From positions 1-64,000 of the IMG/VR virus record IMGVR_UViG_3300046832_001910: a DNA stretch of 64,000 bases; one strand, given 5' to 3'. Positions 57,545 to 64,000 of this stretch are shown piece after piece. The first letter of the stretch is position 1. Each line of letters opens with the position of its first letter. Under the pieces are notes generated by a model. It made no database searches. It was given only the letters and a program-made list of their open reading frames with translations, and had not been told where the DNA came from. The stretch comes from a virus. Both the position numbers and the translations under genes were made by a program.

Positions 57545-58087
57545 ATGTCTGAGGAACTGAACAAAATTTCTGACTTTTATATTACATCTGATACGTGGTT
57601 TGGTCGACCACAAATACTTGAGATAGCAAAGAGAACACAGTTTGCAACGGTTGAAGAAATGAATGATCAACTCGTTAAGAACTGGAATAAGGTTGTTAAA
57701 TCATCTGACTTGGTTTTTCATTTAGGTAATTTTGCATGGGATCCTCTTACTGCAAGAACTATACTTAAAAAACTAAAAGGAAAAATCTTTTTTCTTATTG
57801 GTAATGCTGATGAAGCCTTATTGGAAGTAGCTGAGGAGTTTGAAAATGTAGTAATTCTTGATCATCAAATCGTTGAATTACCTCAATTTGATTCTGTTCT
57901 TTGTCATTACCCTTTAGAGGTATGGAACGGAAAATCTTCAGGAACAATTCATTTTCATGGACATACTGTTTTTTCTCATAAAACCGACTTAAGAGTTTCC
58001 AATCGTATTAACACGTGCGTAGACTTTTGGTCATATTCACCAATTAAATTTTCGGCAATTAAAGAATTCGTAAATGGCAAAATCTAA
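57545..58087 (+). CDS. Calcineurin-like metallophosphoesterase with degenerate motifs
   Basis: SDTWFG, HLGNF, GNAD, CHYP and HGHT. Confidence 0.75.
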   Translation: MSEELNKISDFYITSDTWFGRPQILEIAKRTQFATVEEMNDQLVKNWNKVVKSSDLVFHLGNFAWDPLTARTILKKLKGKIFFLIGNADEALLEVAEEFENVVILDHQIVELPQFDSVLCHYPLEVWNGKSSGTIHFHGHTVFSHKTDLRVSNRINTCVDFWSYSPIKFSAIKEFVNGKI

Positions 58088-58700
58088 AACTTACAAAGAA
58101 CTGGCAATTGAGTTTAAGAAAACTCGCTCTGAAAGAATCTATAATGAACTTTACAAAAAAATGAGACCAGGTTTATGGTCCTATGTAAATAACATTGTTA
58201 GAGATCCGGCCGTGGCTGATGACATTGTATCAACCACATTAACAAATGTTTATCTTAAGATTGATCAATATGATGAGTCTTACCAGATAACTACATGGGC
58301 ATATCGTATTGCCTATAATGAATGTATCGGATGGATTAGATTCCGAAACAAAAAGATAAGCATCAATGTATTTACTGATGCTGGTGTTGAACCACCAACT
58401 AAAGATGGATTCCTTGATCCAGAAACCCATGTTAAAACAGATGAAGACTTCTGGGAGGAAGAGGATATTCTTACAGAGCAGGTAAGAGTAACTAAAGAGG
58501 CAATAAATGCACTGCCTCCAATGTATAAGAGATACATGGTTGAAAGATTCTTAAATCATAAATCATATAATGATATCCTTGATATCATGGCAGAATATGA
58601 AAAGGATATCAATCTGCAGACAGTAAAGAATCGTATTTTCCGTGGCAGAAAAATCGTCCAAAGGCAATTAGAGAAAATGAAACTCTTCTCTGAAGCATAA
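58074..58700 (+). CDS. ECF-type sigma-70 factor
   Basis: ADDIV, TTWAYRIAYN (region 2); ALPP, SY..I and TVKNRIFRGRK (region 4). Confidence 0.9.
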   Translation: MAKSKTYKELAIEFKKTRSERIYNELYKKMRPGLWSYVNNIVRDPAVADDIVSTTLTNVYLKIDQYDESYQITTWAYRIAYNECIGWIRFRNKKISINVFTDAGVEPPTKDGFLDPETHVKTDEDFWEEEDILTEQVRVTKEAINALPPMYKRYMVERFLNHKSYNDILDIMAEYEKDINLQTVKNRIFRGRKIVQRQLEKMKLFSEA

Positions 58701-58719
58701 ATAGATAAAAAAAAGAATT

Positions 58720-59160
58720 ATGTATATCTTTAAACTTTTTAATGAACTAAACATTTGGAGGAAGGTTAGAGCCATTGCGTTAGAGAATGAGCAGGCTTTA
58801 AATGAATCTGGGTTTAGAGTTGATTGGATTGGCAGAATTTACACTGTCATCAATCTACCTGAAGAAGTAATTAATCAGCCTATCTCACGTGAAGGATATG
58901 TATTAATGAAACTTCGTGAATATGATAGCCTGTTTCTTAATATGGGTATTGCTGATGCAATTGCCCCAGAGCTTATGGAAATAGAAGGTGCTGAAGCATA
59001 TCTTTTAGTCCTATCACCAGATAGAGACTATCTTAAGTTTTGGCCTTTCACAGTTTCCATGATAAAAACTGTAGGTCTATTCTTTGCATTAAGACTTGTC
59101 TATCTTTTAATTACACACTATTGGTCATCTATCAGTTCTGCTTGGAACTGGATATTCTAA
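58720..59160 (+). CDS. Hypothetical membrane-anchored protein
   Basis: RVDWIGRIYTVINLP; C-terminal hydrophobic helix. Confidence 0.6.
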   Translation: MYIFKLFNELNIWRKVRAIALENEQALNESGFRVDWIGRIYTVINLPEEVINQPISREGYVLMKLREYDSLFLNMGIADAIAPELMEIEGAEAYLLVLSPDRDYLKFWPFTVSMIKTVGLFFALRLVYLLITHYWSSISSAWNWIF

Positions 59161-59164
59161 AGCA

Positions 59165-59908
59165 ATGTCAACACAACAATCACTATCACAAACGGAAACA
59201 ATTAATGGCAAACGATATTATGTTATAGGAGAACATAAGTATCCTTCTGTTACAACAGTTTTAGGTTCAATGACCGATTCTTCCGGTTTAGATAAGTGGA
59301 GAAAAAAGATTGGTGAAGAAGAGGCTGATCGCATTTCAAAATTTTCTGCAAATCGTGGTACCATCATGCATCAAATGATTGAGTACTTTTTAGGATCAAC
59401 TAAAGAAACACAAAAGGAAAGATTAAAAGAAGCCCAGGAAAGGATTATTGAATTTGTTAAAGCTGAGGGTTTTACTGCCGAGGAATTAGAAGTTGGCCGC
59501 AAACTTTTTTATAGTTTTTATAATAATGATCTCTTTAGTAAGATAACTAAGGTTATAAGTATCGAGGAGACGCTCTACTCCCACCAGATGGGAGGGTATG
59601 CAGGTAGAGTAGATAATATTTATGAGAATATTTTATCCCATCTACTCATCTTAGATTTTAAGACTTCTAGAAAACAGAAAAAGAAAGAGTGGATTGAAAA
59701 CTACTTTATGCAAATTTCTGCATACTTTCTAGCTTACTGGGAAATGACCGGTAAAAAACCACATGGTGGTGAAATCTGGATTGCTGTGGAAAACGATCTT
59801 CCACAGGTTTTTGAAGTTACATGGGAAGATATCCAAGATTATGGTAAGAAATTCTTATCCCTAGTGAAAGAGTACCATAAACTCAATCCATTACCTCAGA
59901 ATATATAA
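59165..59908 (+). CDS. PD-(D/E)xK exonuclease
   Basis: YPSVTTVL, RGT..H, AGRVD, DFKTS and Q..AY motifs. Confidence 0.88.
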   Translation: MSTQQSLSQTETINGKRYYVIGEHKYPSVTTVLGSMTDSSGLDKWRKKIGEEEADRISKFSANRGTIMHQMIEYFLGSTKETQKERLKEAQERIIEFVKAEGFTAEELEVGRKLFYSFYNNDLFSKITKVISIEETLYSHQMGGYAGRVDNIYENILSHLLILDFKTSRKQKKKEWIENYFMQISAYFLAYWEMTGKKPHGGEIWIAVENDLPQVFEVTWEDIQDYGKKFLSLVKEYHKLNPLPQNI

Positions 59909-59924
59909 AAAAACAAAATAATGA

Positions 59925-60230
59925 ATGAAACACATTCAGACATTCGAGACTTTTTTTACTAGAACTCTATCTGAGGAATTAGACCAAACACGTCATAAAG
60001 CGGCTAAACATATCGAGGATATAGAAACCGAAAACGAATCAGATAAAAAGGCTGAAAAGGATGTAGAGGAATACTTAGACGATAAGTCAGAGTATTGTCC
60101 TAGATGTGGCGAGCATAATGATGATTGTAAATGCCAATCAGAAGATCCTTGGTCAACACAAAATTACCACAGAGTTCCTGTAGGTAAGAAGGAAAAGAGT
60201 AAAGCAAAACAAGACTTCAAAACAAAATAA
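59925..60230 (+). CDS. Small acidic Cys-cluster protein with an MKHIQTFETF N-terminus
   Basis: CPRC....CKC; late-type motif upstream. Confidence 0.55.
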   Translation: MKHIQTFETFFTRTLSEELDQTRHKAAKHIEDIETENESDKKAEKDVEEYLDDKSEYCPRCGEHNDDCKCQSEDPWSTQNYHRVPVGKKEKSKAKQDFKTK

Positions 60231-60234
60231 AGAT

Positions 60235-60522
60235 ATGGAAAAGATTAACTTATTTTTTGCAAAGCACGGATCAAAGGTTATCACTGTACTTTTGATTCTT
60301 TTATACTTTAAGTCATGTAGCGTTGATAGCGAATTAGAGAGACTTAAAAAAGAAGCTAAAGCAAATACTGAAACTATCAGTAAACTTCCTACTGCGGCCG
60401 ATGTTAAAATTGAAGGCCTAAATGCAGAGAAGAGAATGATCCAAGCAACGGATCGTAAGATGTTGGATGTACAACGTCAAAATGAGATTGAAAAAGAGAT
60501 CTCAAAATTACAAGGTAAATAA
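60235..60522 (+). CDS. Membrane-anchored coiled-coil protein (possible lipoprotein or spanin)
   Basis: Hydrophobic stretch ending FKSC, then coiled coil. Confidence 0.45.
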   Translation: MEKINLFFAKHGSKVITVLLILLYFKSCSVDSELERLKKEAKANTETISKLPTAADVKIEGLNAEKRMIQATDRKMLDVQRQNEIEKEISKLQGK

Positions 60523-62741
60523 TGGCAAATATCATACCAGGTGTACCAACCCCAGGAGATCCCACATGTGCATTAACCGTTTGCGGTAGAATTATTGCAC
60601 AAGTAGACTGCATTAAGTATATAATGCAAGGTACATCTGCATGTATTGATATTCAACTTTTTGGTGCTGATGGAACTCCTCTTGACTTAGATCAATTTTG
60701 CGAAATGCAAATCCAATTAACAAGTGAATTGGAATGTGTTATAGCAAATTTTTGGTATCCTAGTGTTCCTACTGGATCAAAGGGGTTTGATATTGAAATT
60801 CTTCAATACACAACTACAAATGGTCATATAGTAAATAAAGGTCTTCTTAGAATATGTTTATCTACTAACTGTACTCTTACTACAACAGGTGCTGTTTTTG
60901 CAGAGATTATTCTTAAAGAATGTTTACTAACTGGACAACAGCAGATTTTAACAGGTGTTCCAACCCCAACAGGTTTACCTGAACCATCAGGGGATACTTT
61001 TGGCATTCCTTGTCTTCAAGTTGCAAGCATACTTAATTCAAAGATAGCAAAAAACGGTGGAGCCGGTGGATGCTTTCCAGGATATATTCCACCTCAACCT
61101 GGATCGAGTGGAATAGGATTTGCAATCGGATCAACAGGTTCAACAGGAGTGCATGGATCAACTGGACCACAGGGTGAACCTGGTCTGACAGGATCAACAG
61201 GTCTTGGTGCAACCGGATCAACAGGTTCAACAGGAGTGCATGGATCAACTGGACCACAGGGTGAACCTGGTCTGACAGGATCAACAGGTCTTGGCGCAAC
61301 CGGATCAACAGGTTCAACTGGTCCTCAAGGTGATCAAGGATTTATTGGTTCAACTGGTCCACAGGGTGCCGGTGGTTCATTAGGTTATTGGGGAAGTTTT
61401 TGGAGTACCCAGACCCAGATTGGCGGTGGTGTTGGTGTGGCTAATGTAATGACATTCAACAATACTGATCCTGATTCAAACGGTGTTTCTATTCAAAATA
61501 ATACTGAACTTACCTTTGCATATGACGGTGTTTATAACATACAATTTTCAGCACAACTTGACAGAATAGTTAGTCCTGCAACGGCAGATGAATTAGATAT
61601 TTGGTTTGCTAAAAACGGTGTTGCCATACCAGATTCAAATACAACCGTAGTTGTTGCTGGTCTTACTGTTGCAGCAAAAGAAGTTGCAGCATGGAATTTC
61701 CAATTGAAAGTTAATGCTGGGGATTATATTGAACTCTATTGGTCATGTCCTAATGCTAGTGTTGAATTGGTTTATGTTCCTACTGATATAAATCCTATAA
61801 GACCTGCTGTGCCTTCGGTAATTCTTACTGCTCAACAGGTAATGTATACCCAAATGGGTGGAACTGGTGCAACCGGTCCACAAGGAGACATTGGAGCAAC
61901 TGGTTCACAAGGTCCACAAGGATTTATTGGTTCAACTGGTCCACAAGGATTTGACGGTGCAACCGGTCCACAAGGTCCACAAGGAGACATTGGAGCAACT
62001 GGTCCACAAGGTTCACAAGGTCCACAAGGATTTATTGGTTCAACTGGTCCACAAGGTTCACAAGGTCCACAAGGATTTGACGGAGCAACTGGTCCACAAG
62101 GATTTGACGGTGCAACTGGTCCACAAGGATTTGACGGTGCAACCGGTCCGCAAGGATTTGACGGTGCAACCGGTCCGCAAGGTCCACAAGGATTTGACGG
62201 AGCAACTGGTCCACAAGGTTTTAATGGTTCAACTGGAAGTGTAGGGGCCACTGGAATTGGTGCAGTTGGTGCAACAGGTGCTCAAGGTAACATAGGTGCA
62301 ACTGGATCAACCGGGGCACAGGGTCCTATTGCTTCACTTTATTTACTTGAAGCGGTAACCGCGTCCATTTATTATACCTTACCGGGATCATTTACTGAAG
62401 ATCCTTGTAGATATAGCATCGTGAGTAATACAGTTAACGTATCAAGCGGATGGTTTAACACTTCAACTTATACATTTACTCCGCAGAAGGCAGGCTACTG
62501 GGAAATCACTGCAGCGTATGATGTGTATAGAAATTCTGAATCAAGTATGGCAATTAAGAAAAACGGTGGAATTATTGCATCAGCCGGATCATTTAATGCA
62601 GTAGCTCAGCAGATAACAAAGATCGTGTATCTAAACGGTTCAACTGATTCTATAAACATTATAAATGTTGGAGGATTAGCTGAATCAAGGCCGCAATATG
62701 CAGAAAGGTCTTGGTTCCAGGCAAGATGGATAGGAGAATAA
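60522..62741 (+). CDS. Collagen-like (Gly-X-Y) fibre protein with C1q/BclA-like globular domains
   Basis: Two GST/GAT/GPQ tracts; [10 protein letters not shown] and FTPQKAGYW domains. Confidence 0.85.
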   Translation: MANIIPGVPTPGDPTCALTVCGRIIAQVDCIKYIMQGTSACIDIQLFGADGTPLDLDQFCEMQIQLTSELECVIANFWYPSVPTGSKGFDIEILQYTTTNGHIVNKGLLRICLSTNCTLTTTGAVFAEIILKECLLTGQQQILTGVPTPTGLPEPSGDTFGIPCLQVASILNSKIAKNGGAGGCFPGYIPPQPGSSGIGFAIGSTGSTGVHGSTGPQGEPGLTGSTGLGATGSTGSTGVHGSTGPQGEPGLTGSTGLGATGSTGSTGPQGDQGFIGSTGPQGAGGSLGYWGSFWSTQTQIGGGVGVANVMTFNNTDPDSNGVSIQNNTELTFAYDGVYNIQFSAQLDRIVSPATADELDIWFAKNGVAIPDSNTTVVVAGLTVAAKEVAAWNFQLKVNAGDYIELYWSCPNASVELVYVPTDINPIRPAVPSVILTAQQVMYTQMGGTGATGPQGDIGATGSQGPQGFIGSTGPQGFDGATGPQGPQGDIGATGPQGSQGPQGFIGSTGPQGSQGPQGFDGATGPQGFDGATGPQGFDGATGPQGFDGATGPQGPQGFDGATGPQGFNGSTGSVGATGIGAVGATGAQGNIGATGSTGAQGPIASLYLLEAVTASIYYTLPGSFTEDPCRYSIVSNTVNVSSGWFNTSTYTFTPQKAGYWEITAAYDVYRNSESSMAIKKNGGIIASAGSFNAVAQQITKIVYLNGSTDSINIINVGGLAESRPQYAERSWFQARWIGE
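61128..61318 (+). repeat. 87-bp tandem duplication in the collagen tract
   Basis: GGATCAACAGGTTCAAC recurs at 61128, 61215 and 61302. Confidence 0.88.
61865..62235 (+). repeat. 9-bp and 27-bp tandem units ([12 protein letters not shown])
   Basis: GGTCCACAAGGATTTGACGGTGCAAC repeated with minor variation. Confidence 0.85.
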
Positions 62742-62769
62742 TATAATTACATAATAAATAAACTAAGTT

Positions 62770-63423
62770 ATGAAAAATAAATTAATTCATTATTTTATCA
62801 TAGGTATCTTCTGTAGCCTCTATTTTCTAGTTGCTACAATTTCTATGATTAACTCTGTTGCATTTTTTGACCTTGCTCATAATGGTGTTATGAACTGGGC
62901 TTTAGCAATTGGATTTGAATTAGGAGCAGCCGCATCTCTTGCTGCGATTATTATCCTAGATAAAACTAATAAAACAATGGTATGGACATTGTTCATACTT
63001 CTTACTGCCTTTCAAATGATGGCAAACTCATTTCATGCATTTATAAATCTTGAAAACTATATGCCTTGGATAGAACTGTTTGGTCTTGAAGAGGAAGAAC
63101 CGATATTTCAAAAGAGAGTACTCTCAATCGTAAGTGGAGCCGTATTACCTATCGTGGCTCTAGGATTCATTAAGTCATTGGTTGATTATATTAGACCGGA
63201 AAATGCTCAGGCAGAACCTCAAATAACAGAGGCACCTGAAATAAAGCCAGAAGAAACTCCCATAGTGACGGAGAATAAAGTGGAAACTTCATCTGCAATT
63301 GGCGAATCTAAAGTAGGACATGTTACAATAACACCTGATGTAACTGAACCTAAACAAACAGCAGAGCAGATTAAAGTTTCACAAGCTACCAGTCCTGGGA
63401 AGAGGTATGTTTACAAGCCCTAA
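62770..63423 (+). CDS. Four-TM membrane protein with a low-complexity tail
   Basis: Four hydrophobic segments; LAIGFE and GAVLP motifs. Confidence 0.65.
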   Translation: MKNKLIHYFIIGIFCSLYFLVATISMINSVAFFDLAHNGVMNWALAIGFELGAAASLAAIIILDKTNKTMVWTLFILLTAFQMMANSFHAFINLENYMPWIELFGLEEEEPIFQKRVLSIVSGAVLPIVALGFIKSLVDYIRPENAQAEPQITEAPEIKPEETPIVTENKVETSSAIGESKVGHVTITPDVTEPKQTAEQIKVSQATSPGKRYVYKP

Positions 63424-63462
63424 TAGTAAACTTTGTCAACCAACTTAAATAACGATAAAAAT

Positions 63463-64000
63463 ATGCAAACAGCAAGAAAGCATGATGATGAAGTGTTTCG
63501 TGAGAAGCGCGTTATAAAAAATCCAATAAAATTTAAGATACCTCTTAACGAAGAACAAAAAATAGCAAAGGATAGAATCCTAGCAAATACAGTAACCCTT
63601 TTAGCCGGTAAAGCCGGTAGTGGTAAAACTCTTTTAGCATGTCAAATTGCATTAGATGGACTTTTCCGCAGACACTTTGAAAAGGTAATCATTACACGAC
63701 CTACAGTATCAAAAGAAGAGATAGGTTTTTTGCCTGGAGATCTTCATCAAAAAATGGATCCTTGGGTACAACCAATTTACCAAAACATGTATCTACTTTA
63801 CGGTAAAGATAAAATTGATCCCTACATTCAGAGTGGACAAATTGAAATTGTGCCAGTATCATTTATGAGAGGCCGAACATTTCTTGACTCTTGTGTCATT
63901 GTGGATGAAGCACAAAACGTAACTAATGAACAAATGGAAATGATTGTTACTCGTGTTGGTCTTCGTTCAAAAATGATTATCTGTGGTGATGACGGCCAGG
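63463..64000 (+). CDS. phoH: PhoH-family ATPase (runs off the window end)
   Basis: GKAGSGKT, ITRP, GFLPG, FMRGRTF, VDEAQN and GD..Q motifs. Confidence 0.92.
   Translation, partial: MQTARKHDDEVFREKRVIKNPIKFKIPLNEEQKIAKDRILANTVTLLAGKAGSGKTLLACQIALDGLFRRHFEKVIITRPTVSKEEIGFLPGDLHQKMDPWVQPIYQNMYLLYGKDKIDPYIQSGQIEIVPVSFMRGRTFLDSCVIVDEAQNVTNEQMEMIVTRVGLRSKMIICGDDGQ

Noticed and set aside
4356-62251. Many 60-165 aa ORFs nested in or antisense to large genes (e.g. 6780, 8187, 23133, 24077, 42866, 61832, 61858)
   Set aside because: They lie wholly within well-supported genes, show no motifs, and are explained by codon bias or collagen repeats
1-64000. Stop-codon reassignment, CRISPR array, intron/intein or diversity-generating retroelement
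   Set aside because: Core genes are intact in code 11 and end in all three stops; I saw no suppressor tRNA, regularly spaced repeat-spacer array, intein motifs or reverse transcriptase

Overview
A 64-kb segment of a large T4-like (contractile-tailed) phage genome, AT-rich and almost entirely on the + strand. The host is probably Bacteroidota, judging from TAnnTTTG-type promoters, the absence of Shine-Dalgarno motifs, a tmRNA tag of the GE...YAVAA form and GTTCTTTGACA boxA sites. It carries replication, recombination and DNA-modification genes: a split family-B polymerase, clamp and loader, UvsX, gp41, gp46/47, topoisomerase II, a C5-methyltransferase, several glycosyltransferases and a dCMP-hydroxymethylase-like enzyme. 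It also carries head and tail morphogenesis genes, two phage sigma factors, a tmRNA and 22 tRNAs covering all 20 amino acids. The most striking item lies directly upstream of a 21-tRNA array: an unannotated 31-codon leader ORF (47165-47260) that contains all 20 amino acids, whose codons mirror the array's anticodons, and whose 3' end can pair with the 5' arm of the following intrinsic terminator. This looks like a pan-tRNA-sensing translational attenuator that would switch on phage tRNAs when almost any tRNA species becomes limiting. Other notable items are a three-tier promoter/sigma cascade, several unassigned structured RNAs between the tRNAs, and two candidate programmed frameshifts. All calls come from reading motifs by eye; no searches were run.
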